Origin: Pseudanabaena sp.
GTDB taxonomy: Bacteria; Cyanobacteriota; Cyanobacteriia; Pseudanabaenales; Pseudanabaenaceae
Direction: 5' to 3'
Length of the DNA: 64,000 bases
Assembly (NCBI GenBank): GCA_044354985.1
Contig: JBIKYZ010000002.1
Coordinates: forward strand, 2,324-66,323
This document shows positions 28,787 through 36,876 of this stretch, in pieces. Position numbers and translations under genes: made by a program. The notes beneath the pieces were generated by a model. That model worked only from the letters and a program-made list of their open reading frames with translations, was not told the DNA's origin and searched no databases. Each line of letters opens with the position of its first letter. Position 1 is the first letter of the stretch.

Positions 28787-29713
28787 ATGGATAACTACGT
28801 AAATTATCGTTATCGTGATTTTCAGAATCAATCGTTTCAGAATGAATTTCCTAAAGGCGAAGAGAAAAAAGCTGACTTTACAGGCTCAAGGTTAAAGAGT
28901 TGCGATTTTCGAGGGACAAATCTAGCAGGTGCTGATTTCTCGGAAACAGCGATCGGACAAGATAAACAGAATTTCCAAAAACAGATCATGCAAATGTCAT
29001 TGCATATCATTTTGGGCATCCCTCTCGGTTTATTATCTTGGTTTTCTGGCAGACTTGTTCTCGTGGGCTGCGGGGGGGAAGTCGCAAATCCTTATGGGTG
29101 GATTACAAATCCATTTATTTGGATGTTTGCCTTTGCCACAGCCGCAGCCATGTCTCAAAGAAGGCTTTTTTATATATACATGGGGCTAATTGGGTTAATG
29201 GTGATCTCTGCCATTAACTCTACTGCTTTGACGATAGTCGGCATAGGCGTGATGATTGCCGCATTTGTGATGTCTCTTTTTGGGCTATATCTGGGCTATA
29301 AAAAAGGAGCGATCGCGGTAGGCATGGTCTGGGTAGCGGTGGGAGTATCGTCTGCAATTTCGGCTGGCTATAGCTGGATCAAATACCGAGAAATTCATTA
29401 TGCAGTTTTATTTGCTGTACTGGCGATTTTGCCTGCGGTTTTAGCGACTAGGGCCTTTAATCTTCACTTTGCAAAAGTCAAAATGTCAGTGATGACTTCT
29501 TTTCATGGCGCAGATTTAGAAAATGCGCGATTTGTAAATTCGTACTTAGAAAATTGTGATTTTTTAGATACCAATCTACAAGGTGTAGATTGGTATGGTG
29601 CAACTTTAAAAAATTGCAAGTTTCCTAAGGGTTTTTCTATGGATGTAAATGAGGCGATCGCTAAACATCCTGAAGCTAATCCAGGGCTTGAACAATTGGC
29701 TGCGACTAATTAA
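28787..29713 (+). CDS. Pentapeptide-repeat membrane protein
   Basis: Pentapeptide repeats at both termini (FTGSRLKSCDFRGTNLAGADFSET; FHGADLENARFVNSYLENCDFLDTNLQGVDW) flank ~5 TM segments. Confidence 0.7.
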   Translation: MDNYVNYRYRDFQNQSFQNEFPKGEEKKADFTGSRLKSCDFRGTNLAGADFSETAIGQDKQNFQKQIMQMSLHIILGIPLGLLSWFSGRLVLVGCGGEVANPYGWITNPFIWMFAFATAAAMSQRRLFYIYMGLIGLMVISAINSTALTIVGIGVMIAAFVMSLFGLYLGYKKGAIAVGMVWVAVGVSSAISAGYSWIKYREIHYAVLFAVLAILPAVLATRAFNLHFAKVKMSVMTSFHGADLENARFVNSYLENCDFLDTNLQGVDWYGATLKNCKFPKGFSMDVNEAIAKHPEANPGLEQLAATN

Positions 29714-29728
29714 CTATGAAAAGAATTA

Positions 29729-30520
29729 GTGATTGGAACCATGATGGAAATACCTGATGTTATCAAAGGGATACTAATCCTTATTTTTGTATTTGTTCCG
29801 ATTGAGAAAGCATTAGCCGTTCATCACCAAAAACTATTACGTGAAGGTTGGTTTACAGATCTTTGTTATTATTTTTCTGGCTATTTTATTGGTCATGGCA
29901 CAACAAAATTATTAATTGTATTTGTATTGTTCAGTCAAAGATCAATACCGATAATGTCTAAATTAGTCGGTCAACAACCACTTATTTTGCAAGTAATTGC
30001 CACAATATTCATTGGCGATCTGTGCTTTTATTTTGCTCATCGGCTAATGCATACTGTTCCTTGGTTATGGCAATTTCACGCAATCCATCATAGCTCTACT
30101 CATATTGATTGGCTTGCCACAGTACGTGTCCATCCTTTTGAGCAGATTTTGACGAAGGCTTGTCAGATGATTCCCCTTTATTTGCTAGGGTTTTCGTCTG
30201 AGGCTTTGGCAATTTATGTGATTTTTTCGAGCGCGATCGCCTTTTTTATCCATGCCAATGTTCGAGTGAAGTTTCCGATTTTAAAATGGATTATTGCTAC
30301 ACCAGAATTTCATAGTTGGCATCATGATCGCTATCCACAGAAAAGTGCTCAAAATCTAGCTGTACAGTTACCAATTCTTGATTATATATTTGGAACTTTG
30401 TATATGCCTGAGAATGAACAACCAAAACTATATGGAACCAAATTAAATACCACAACAAATTATTTTAATCATTTAATTTATCCGTTTAAAAATTGGATTA
30501 ATAAAAATGCAGATAAGTGA
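29729..30520 (+). CDS. Sterol desaturase / fatty acid hydroxylase superfamily membrane di-iron enzyme
   Basis: His motifs HRLMH, HAIHHS and HSWHH in a polytopic membrane protein. Confidence 0.75.
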   Translation: MIGTMMEIPDVIKGILILIFVFVPIEKALAVHHQKLLREGWFTDLCYYFSGYFIGHGTTKLLIVFVLFSQRSIPIMSKLVGQQPLILQVIATIFIGDLCFYFAHRLMHTVPWLWQFHAIHHSSTHIDWLATVRVHPFEQILTKACQMIPLYLLGFSSEALAIYVIFSSAIAFFIHANVRVKFPILKWIIATPEFHSWHHDRYPQKSAQNLAVQLPILDYIFGTLYMPENEQPKLYGTKLNTTTNYFNHLIYPFKNWINKNADK

Positions 30521-31025
30521 TTTTCGGCAATTTGTCTCTAAGCGTAGATATTTAATCCCCTTAGCCTTAGTTGGATCGTTGCTAGTTGCTACTGCTGGAG
30601 TTTTGAGCATTTTTGCATATCAACATCAAATGAGCTTGCCAGTGTATTTGCAAAGCTTTAGTACGCCACAAATTTCTGTTGAGGAGTTGGCGAGTGGCAA
30701 ACTCGGATCTGTAGTTTTAATCGATGTGCGATCGCCTGAAGAATATGCTGAAGATCACATTGCGAATAGTGAGCTTGTGCCATTACCCGAAATTGAAGGT
30801 GAGGTGGGTATTCAAAGGGTTAAGAGTATTGTGGAACGCTATGCAAAGAATCATCAAGCTAAACCAACGGTAGTTTTATACTGTACTTCTGGGATGAGAT
30901 CAGTTAAAGCGAATAAGTATCTTAGCGATCGCGGCTATCAAGTGATAACTCTGACAGGTGGCGTTACCGCATGGCGCAAACAATTTATGCGATCACAGGA
31001 TCTACAAGTTTTGCCAGCCAAATAA
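30507..31025 (+). CDS. Membrane-anchored rhodanese-domain sulfurtransferase
   Basis: N-terminal TM segment and a rhodanese fold with the active-site loop YCTSGMRS. 14-nt overlap with the upstream gene. Confidence 0.75.
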   Translation: MQISDFRQFVSKRRYLIPLALVGSLLVATAGVLSIFAYQHQMSLPVYLQSFSTPQISVEELASGKLGSVVLIDVRSPEEYAEDHIANSELVPLPEIEGEVGIQRVKSIVERYAKNHQAKPTVVLYCTSGMRSVKANKYLSDRGYQVITLTGGVTAWRKQFMRSQDLQVLPAK

Positions 31026-31070
31026 AAAAGCGCCATATTTATGACGCTTCTCAGTTTTTTTCTTTTTAAG

Positions 31071-31144
31071 TCGGGATGATAGGATTCGAACCTACGGCAT
31101 CCTGCTCCCAAAGCAGGCGCGCTACCAAGCTGCGCTACATCCCG
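31071..31144 (-). tRNA. tRNA-Pro (anticodon UGG)
   Basis: The reverse complement CGGGATGTAGCGCAGCTTGGTAGCGCGCCTGCTTTGGGAGCAGGATGCCGTAGGTTCGAATCCTATCATCCCGA folds as a cloverleaf. Acceptor stem 7 bp, D stem GCGC/GCGC, anticodon stem CCTGC/GCAGG with loop TTTGGGA, T arm GTAGG-TTCGAAT-CCTAT. CCA is not encoded. Confidence 0.95.
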
Positions 31145-31274
31145 TTGCGAATATCTATGTTACTACACAAAGCGCTAAATATACAAAATTATTTTTGATA
31201 TTAAATTTTCACTGCAAGACTCTCTTTAAAAACAAAGGGCGATCGCTAATCAAAACCACATCTCAAGGCGATCG

Positions 31275-31808
31275 CTAATCTTGCAGCCTCTCTAAAAAGT
31301 CTTGATATTTTTTCTGTTGCTTTTCCTTTGTTGACCATGACTTCACCTTCTTAAAATCTATCGGATGACGTTTTGCAACCATCACTGCTTGATCGAGACT
31401 TTGGCGATCGTTCCAGTGATAGAAACCTGCAAGGCGATCCATTACGCATAAAGTCGGGGTAAGGATGTGTAATTCTAATTCACCAATTTTCTGCACGGTG
31501 CATTCTTTGTAATCAATATACTGTTCACCAATCATGAGGGGTGATGGAGGAAACTCAACATAATAATTTGTGTTCGGATGGATGAAATATCTACCTTCCT
31601 TGCTAAATCCTATCTGATACATGGCTGCTTCTAGCTTTTGAGAACTAGCGGGAGAAATAAAATCGAGATCGTCAGATTGATATTCATTTTCTGAGTACAC
31701 CGTAACGACTCCGCCACCAGTTAGCACGGCGATAATATTGGCTTTGGTAAGCGTATCTGAGACGATCGCAGCAATCTCAGCTAGGGATGAGGTTTTGTGT
31801 ATTTCCAA
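31275..31808 (-). CDS. Minimal nucleotidyltransferase-fold protein (possible AbiEii/MNT-like toxin-antitoxin component)
   Basis: IIAVLTGGGVVTVYS...SDDLDFISP gives the G-G ... DxD pattern of the pol-beta-type NTase fold. It overlaps the upstream wHTH gene by 32 nt. Confidence 0.45.
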   Translation of the reverse strand: MEIHKTSSLAEIAAIVSDTLTKANIIAVLTGGGVVTVYSENEYQSDDLDFISPASSQKLEAAMYQIGFSKEGRYFIHPNTNYYVEFPPSPLMIGEQYIDYKECTVQKIGELELHILTPTLCVMDRLAGFYHWNDRQSLDQAVMVAKRHPIDFKKVKSWSTKEKQQKKYQDFLERLQD

Positions 31809-32133
31809 GGGGTTTATCGGCTTTGCGAGGGCGACGGCGTTGGCGGTAATAGGCTTTGATTTCTTCGGGTGGGGTAACTCTGAGTCGTTGGGCTAATAGG
31901 TTTCTAACTGGAGTTACAAAGGGCGATCGCGGGTTCCATGTATAGAGGCGAGTTTTGCCGACTAATCGACTAACTAATAAGCCTGAGTCTTCAAATTTTT
32001 GCAGTTGTTTCTGTACTGAACTCAAGGATATCTCAAAGGTATCGGCGATCGCTTTGCCGTAGCCTTCTTCATAATTTTCCAGATATAGCAAAACCTGTTC
32101 GGGTGTTTTACCACCAAAAAGTTCTTTTAGCAT
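31777..32133 (-). CDS. Winged-helix (ArsR/MarR-like) DNA-binding protein
   Basis: LLYLENYEEGYGKAIADTFEISLSSVQKQLQKFEDSGLLVSRLVGKTRLYTWN is a typical wHTH. Basic C-terminal tail. Confidence 0.6.
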   Translation of the reverse strand: MLKELFGGKTPEQVLLYLENYEEGYGKAIADTFEISLSSVQKQLQKFEDSGLLVSRLVGKTRLYTWNPRSPFVTPVRNLLAQRLRVTPPEEIKAYYRQRRRPRKADKPLGNTQNLIPS

Positions 32134-32218
32134 AGGTTTTAAGCCTTAGACTATCTACCTATTATAGAGGTTATATAGTTGTTAGTAGAGGTAGATTTAT
32201 TTGGCTTGAGTTAAAGAT

Positions 32219-32331
32219 GATCGCTATTCGCTAAAAGTAAAAGCGAGATCGCTTTAAATGATGTTAAACAAATGCTTGGCTTATGAGATTGGAGCTAAAT
32301 CGCTATTTGCATAAGTGCAGTAAAGGCGATC
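32219..32331. repeat. 113-bp direct repeat, copy 1 (flanks the DUF29 gene)
   Basis: ~92% identical to 32914-33027. Both copies begin GATCGCTATT(C/T)GCTAAAAGTAAAA and end GTAAA(A)GGCGATC. Confidence 0.85.
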
Positions 32332-32391
32332 TTTTACAGTTAACATCTAGACTAGAATAAGTTGAGATGAGTGATCGCAGGAGAATCTCTA

Positions 32392-32862
32392 ATGACTCAA
32401 ACAATTGCAAAAAAAATATCACTTTACGACCAAGATCTAAATCTGTGGCTAGAAACAGTGATCGCGCAATTAAAGAGTGGTAGTTTAGAAAACCTCGATA
32501 TTGAAAATCTGGTAGAGGAGTTGGAAGGCTTGGCAGGTAGAGATCGACGTGAGTTAAGAAGAAGGCTATCGACACTTCTGGAACATTTACTCAAACGTTG
32601 CTATGTTGAAAGCGAGTATGACTATGCAGGATGGGAAATCACTATTGATCGCACTCGATTTGAAATAATCGGTATTTTGAGTCAGTCGCCTAGCCTTAGA
32701 AACTATGTAAATAGTGATGAATTGTTTGGAGAAGCTTTTACTCTTGCTTTGCGTACTGTAAGAAAAAATCAAGGGTATAAAAATGTTGATTTCCCAAATA
32801 GTTGGAAATTTAGTCGCGATATTGATGACATATTAAATGTTGATTTTTGGGAGATTTTATAA
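32392..32862 (+). CDS. DUF29 family protein
   Basis: LYDQDLNLWLETVIAQLKSGSLENLDIENLVEELEGLAGRDRRELRRRLSTLLEHLLK is the DUF29 signature. ATG at 32392 after GGAGA. Confidence 0.8.
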   Translation: MTQTIAKKISLYDQDLNLWLETVIAQLKSGSLENLDIENLVEELEGLAGRDRRELRRRLSTLLEHLLKRCYVESEYDYAGWEITIDRTRFEIIGILSQSPSLRNYVNSDELFGEAFTLALRTVRKNQGYKNVDFPNSWKFSRDIDDILNVDFWEIL

Positions 32863-32913
32863 AATATTTTATAAAACGTAAGATGCGATCGCTTACTCAA
32901 ATCATCACAAGGC

Positions 32914-33027
32914 GATCGCTATTTGCTAAAAGTAAAACCGCGATCGCTTTAAATGATGTTAAACAAATGCTTGGTTTATAAGATTGCAGCTAAATCGCTA
33001 TTTGAATAAGTACAGTAAAAGGCGATC
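32914..33027. repeat. 113-bp direct repeat, copy 2
   Basis: See copy 1. It ends 1 nt before the stop codon of the convergent gene at 33029. Confidence 0.85.
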
Positions 33028-33028
33028 G

Positions 33029-34168
33029 CTAAAAAACAGACTCTGCCTCAATAATGTTCTTCTGACGACTTTTAGTTAGTCTCTGCAAAGAATGTTCAAG
33101 CGCTAACTCTACAAAAGCATTAAGAGAATGAGAGTGCGCAGTAAATCCCATTAGATTAAGATAGATATCTGTGGGCATTGCTAGCCCTTTCCAGTAAGCA
33201 CTGTCAGCTTTTCTATACAGCTTTACGGGCTTAGTAAATTTGCCAGTTTGGATTTCTTCATCTGTAACAACTAACCAACTTTTTCTCTGATTTTCTATGT
33301 AAGCAACATATTGAACAATACCATCAACTATCCAGATTCGCATCATGGCAGTTCTTTTATAACTATCTCGTGCTTTTGCTTTCATGTTCCATTGTCCATT
33401 AACAGTCACAAAAGGTAACCATAGATATACCGCAAGACTTTCTCTCTTATTTTCCCAGCCTATTTCAGCGATGGGATTTTGTTTGTTTCTTTCAAAACGA
33501 ACCCATTTACCATCTGGCTTTTCATGAATTCTATAGTTTAAAGATTGAGCAAATTGATAAATCTGATCACGAATTTCAATAGCACATATTTTTTCACTCT
33601 CTGAACAATCCCCTAAAAGGTTAACAAAAGCTTTTGGAGGATCAGGCAAATTAAGTGTAAGCGCACTTTCAGTAGCTATTGGTATGTCTATTTTGGCTAT
33701 TTCTGCCTTTGTGAGCCATTCATACAATATAAATACAAAGCCTTGAACGCTGCTTTTGACTGCATACGAGAAGACAGTAAATTTAAGCTTGTGGTGTTTT
33801 AATGTTGTTACAGTACGATTTCTATAGTTTGGGCAAACAGTGTATAGTTCAATGGGTCTACTGTAATCAATTTGTTCATCAAAAGGTTTTTCTTCGACAA
33901 GAGCATCGAAATATGCGGTGATTTGGTCAATAACATGAGAATCTTCAACATTTTTTAATTCAATAATGATGAGTTGATTCTTATTTCCTTTCGCCAATAT
34001 GTCACAAACTCCCTCTCTGCAAATGTACTGACTTTTTAGTGGCTTTAGTCCAATTTTTGGGAGAACCGTATACCAAAAGAACCATTCTAGATGTCGTTCA
34101 GTCTCAAACTCTGCACTCTCCCCATAAACACGAAATCTAGGTAAGATTGGGCTGTCCTGATTTGCCAT
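33029..34168 (-). CDS. PD-(D/E)xK (NucS/DUF91-like) nuclease-domain protein with unknown C-terminal domain
   Basis: N-terminal ERHLEWFFW...GVCDILAKGNKNQLIIIELKNVED gives the E...D...ExK arrangement. AT-rich gene. Confidence 0.5.
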   Translation of the reverse strand: MANQDSPILPRFRVYGESAEFETERHLEWFFWYTVLPKIGLKPLKSQYICREGVCDILAKGNKNQLIIIELKNVEDSHVIDQITAYFDALVEEKPFDEQIDYSRPIELYTVCPNYRNRTVTTLKHHKLKFTVFSYAVKSSVQGFVFILYEWLTKAEIAKIDIPIATESALTLNLPDPPKAFVNLLGDCSESEKICAIEIRDQIYQFAQSLNYRIHEKPDGKWVRFERNKQNPIAEIGWENKRESLAVYLWLPFVTVNGQWNMKAKARDSYKRTAMMRIWIVDGIVQYVAYIENQRKSWLVVTDEEIQTGKFTKPVKLYRKADSAYWKGLAMPTDIYLNLMGFTAHSHSLNAFVELALEHSLQRLTKSRQKNIIEAESVF

Positions 34169-34270
34169 TTCATAGTCACTAAATCTACTAACAAGAATTT
34201 TATCAGTTTGATTGAGTTAGAGAGTTGCGATCGCGCTTTACTTTCACCGAGATTAAAGAGGCGATCGCCA

Positions 34271-34558
34271 CTAAGCAAATACAGGTACAGATTTTTGGGC
34301 TTCAGTATTTTCTTGATAACTGCCGCGAATCTGAACATACTCATCTTCCAACAGAAAATCTTTCACCTTCTCATACTCCTGCGCCGAATAAACCACTTGA
34401 TAACCCTCAGTTGGGTCATAAAGCGTATAGCTTCCATCCACATCACCAACCAACATCAAAACATAGGGCAGATCAGAGCTAGGATCGACCCACATTTCAA
34501 TAAATTTCCAACTAGATAACTTCGCTTGGTTTTGTGCGTGGAATGACATGATATTCAC
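34271..34558 (-). CDS. Hypothetical small protein
   Basis: 95-aa ORF (alternative Met at 34549) bracketed by ~42-bp direct repeats. No family recognised. Confidence 0.3.
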   Translation of the reverse strand: MNIMSFHAQNQAKLSSWKFIEMWVDPSSDLPYVLMLVGDVDGSYTLYDPTEGYQVVYSAQEYEKVKDFLLEDEYVQIRGSYQENTEAQKSVPVFA

Positions 34559-34743
34559 CCTTAATAATTTTCATCTCTGCAAAATACAACGGCAATCGAG
34601 TCCCTTCTATAGTAAAGATTTCGGTGAATTAGGCGATCACACCTTACTTTCACAGAGATTAAAGATGCGATGGTATGTTGTGTTTGATGCGATCAGTTAC
34701 AGTGAAGATATACTTAGATATAGACCTGTAAAAGGTTGAAGTT

Positions 34744-34965
34744 ATGACTAGCTTACTATTACAAGCATTTGAAAAAGCACAATCCTTACCAGAATATCTA
34801 CAAGACGAATTTGCTGTCCAATTTCTCGAAGACATAGAAAGCGAAATGCGTTGGGTACAAACTCTATCTCAACCACAGCCAGCTAAGCTAGATCAACTTG
34901 CTACTAAAGCTTTAAATAACTCCGCAAATGGAAAAACCAAGGTTTTAGGTTTCGACCAGCTATGA
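34744..34965 (+). CDS. Putative type II antitoxin
   Basis: 73 aa. MTSLLLQAFEKAQSLPEYLQDEFAVQFLEDIESEMRW resembles cyanobacterial antitoxins paired with RelE/ParE-type toxins. ATGA overlap with the downstream toxin remnant. Confidence 0.5.
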   Translation: MTSLLLQAFEKAQSLPEYLQDEFAVQFLEDIESEMRWVQTLSQPQPAKLDQLATKALNNSANGKTKVLGFDQL

Positions 34966-35060
34966 GATCAGAGTTAGATGAAGAATTTATCAAACTTTTT
35001 GCCAAACTACCCGAACGAGTCCAAAAAAGAGGAGCGATCGCATTACATCTCAACCCTTAA
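34962..35060 (+). pseudogene. Truncated RelE/ParE-superfamily toxin remnant (32 codons)
   Basis: MRSELDEEFIKLFAKLPERVQKRGAIALHLNP* has the toxin N-terminal pattern (F.K.F.KLP..VQ) but stops after 32 aa, where it runs into the convergent ATPase gene. Confidence 0.45.
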
Positions 35061-36384
35061 GGTCTAAGTCCGCATGCAAAAAATCGACAAACTGCTGGGC
35101 AGTGCGTCCAGATTGACCATTATGGCGAGTAGCCCATTGCAAGGCGCGAAAATTGAGATCATCATCCAACAATTCAATACCTGCACGCTTTGCGAGGTGA
35201 TGCACGATTTTGAGATAGATTTCTTGGTCGGCTTGCAGGAATGTCAGAGTTAAGCCAAAGCGATCGCTTAGAGATAACTTTTCCTGCATTGTGTCCCAAG
35301 GATTGACTTCTTTACTATCGCTAAGATCTCTCAGGCTAGGGCGATCGCTAAAATATTCGCGCAATAAATGACGACGATTAGAAGTGGCGTAAACTAAAAT
35401 ATTATTGGGTTGTGCGGAAAGATTCCCTTCCAGAACTACCTTGAGAGCCTTATAGTCTTCGCTCTCTTCCTCAAAGGACAAGTCATCCACAAAAATAATA
35501 AATTTCTGTGGAACTTGACGCAGAAGCTCGGCAATGATGGGCAAATCTTTCAGATCGTTTTTGGCGACTTCGACTAGACGTAACCCACGATCGGAATAGG
35601 CATACATCAATGACTTAACCATCGAAGACTTGCCAGTACCGCGACTGCCATAGAGCAAAGTATGCAACCCATGATAGCCCGCCAAAAAAGCTTCTGTATT
35701 CTTGTACAGAAGCTGTCTTTGTGACTCATAGCCAATGATATCGGATAGCTGCACCAAATCGGGATAGGCGATACCCTCTAGATGACCCTTGCACCAACGG
35801 AATGCATCGTAATCGGTAAAAATGCCCGTTCCTGACTGCCTGTAAAAATTGGCTAAATCTGGCAAAAGTTGAGTCCAGTCATCAGTGGATTGAAATTTGA
35901 GAATTAGCGATCGCTTAGCTTCTGAAAGCCTCGATATATCACTTTCTGACAATTGCAGCGTCACAGCGCGATCGCCAAAAGATTCTATACAATCAACTAG
36001 CTTATCTCCACCCCAAAGACTAATCTCTTCTAGGACTTGGAGATCATGCTTGGCGGCAGCGACCAATGATTGAGATAACAACTTAAATTCTGTGGTTTGC
36101 GCTTGCTGACTAAAGGGATTGTCAGAAGTCAAAATTTGCGAAATTATATAGTCTCTCCAGTTATAGCCTGTCGAGGCGATCGCGCGAAACCATTTGCCAT
36201 AGGCAAATAAATAGCTAAGTCGCCGTGAGCTATTTTCATGACCATCTAAAGCGAAGTTGGCGAGGCTATGCAATAACTTCACATAGGCTTCCCACGCTTC
36301 TTGCTCCAAAACATTTTGGTAAAGCAGTAGTGAGGCAATTCTCACTTGCTTTATATAAATCGATTGCCGCGTCTCTTCAAGCAT
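35050..36384 (-). CDS. DUF815-type AAA/P-loop ATPase
   Basis: Walker A LLYGSRGTGKSSMVKSL and Walker B FIIFVDDLSFEE, with a ~230-aa N-terminal helical extension. Confidence 0.7.
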   Translation of the reverse strand: MLEETRQSIYIKQVRIASLLLYQNVLEQEAWEAYVKLLHSLANFALDGHENSSRRLSYLFAYGKWFRAIASTGYNWRDYIISQILTSDNPFSQQAQTTEFKLLSQSLVAAAKHDLQVLEEISLWGGDKLVDCIESFGDRAVTLQLSESDISRLSEAKRSLILKFQSTDDWTQLLPDLANFYRQSGTGIFTDYDAFRWCKGHLEGIAYPDLVQLSDIIGYESQRQLLYKNTEAFLAGYHGLHTLLYGSRGTGKSSMVKSLMYAYSDRGLRLVEVAKNDLKDLPIIAELLRQVPQKFIIFVDDLSFEEESEDYKALKVVLEGNLSAQPNNILVYATSNRRHLLREYFSDRPSLRDLSDSKEVNPWDTMQEKLSLSDRFGLTLTFLQADQEIYLKIVHHLAKRAGIELLDDDLNFRALQWATRHNGQSGRTAQQFVDFLHADLDLKG

Positions 36385-36409
36385 ATCTACATCAAGTTAA
36401 TAAAGAGCC

Positions 36410-36448
36410 GATTTTTGGTTGTGCGGCTGCGCCGCACAACCAAAAATC
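36410..36448 (-). terminator. Hairpin terminator after the 97-aa gene
   Basis: GATTTTTGGTTGTGCGGC-TGC-GCCGCACAACCAAAAATC. Confidence 0.6.
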
Positions 36449-36463
36449 TTTTACTGCTAGTCT

Positions 36464-36757
36464 CTAGGATATTTCAGCATAATCTTGAAACTCTTTCCAT
36501 GTTATCCCTTGTTGGAAATAGTTAGGCTGATTTGGTTTATAGGGTGCGGCGAGGCGATCGATGGTCAATATTTCGGCGCGATCGCTAATTACTGGCACAT
36601 CAGGATCAAATGCTGTTGATCGCATCAAGGAGCTTGAAAACCCTTTGAAAATCATTACTTCATCAAGTTCATCATCAATTTTTAGCTTGACCAGTAAAAC
36701 TTCTTGAGGATGTTTACTACTATATATTTCTAGCTGTTGACCTTGATTTATAGACAT
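36464..36757 (-). CDS. Conserved hypothetical small protein
   Basis: 97-aa ORF with good coding character. No family recognised with confidence. Confidence 0.45.
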   Translation of the reverse strand: MSINQGQQLEIYSSKHPQEVLLVKLKIDDELDEVMIFKGFSSSLMRSTAFDPDVPVISDRAEILTIDRLAAPYKPNQPNYFQQGITWKEFQDYAEIS

Positions 36758-36876
36758 AGTATAAATGATTCTTATTTTAAGTTTAGGTTAGGCGGTGCAG
36801 ATTTCTAGAATATATTAGGAACTCAGCCTGTAGTGATACTGTCAACAAAATAAAGTAATTTCAAAGTTTTTAGCAT

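Noticed and set aside
32257-32313. 18-codon mini-ORF (MMLNKCLAYEIGAKSLFA) preserved in both copies of the 113-bp direct repeat
   Set aside because: All four codon differences between the copies are nonsynonymous (A/V, E/K, G/A, A/E), and I saw no SD sequence. This does not look like purifying selection on a peptide.
32219-34673. Integron-like cassette array (attC sites) as an explanation for the repeat-bracketed small genes
   Set aside because: The repeats are direct, not the imperfect inverted R''-L''/L'-R' structure of attC. The genes are in mixed orientation, and no integron integrase is present.
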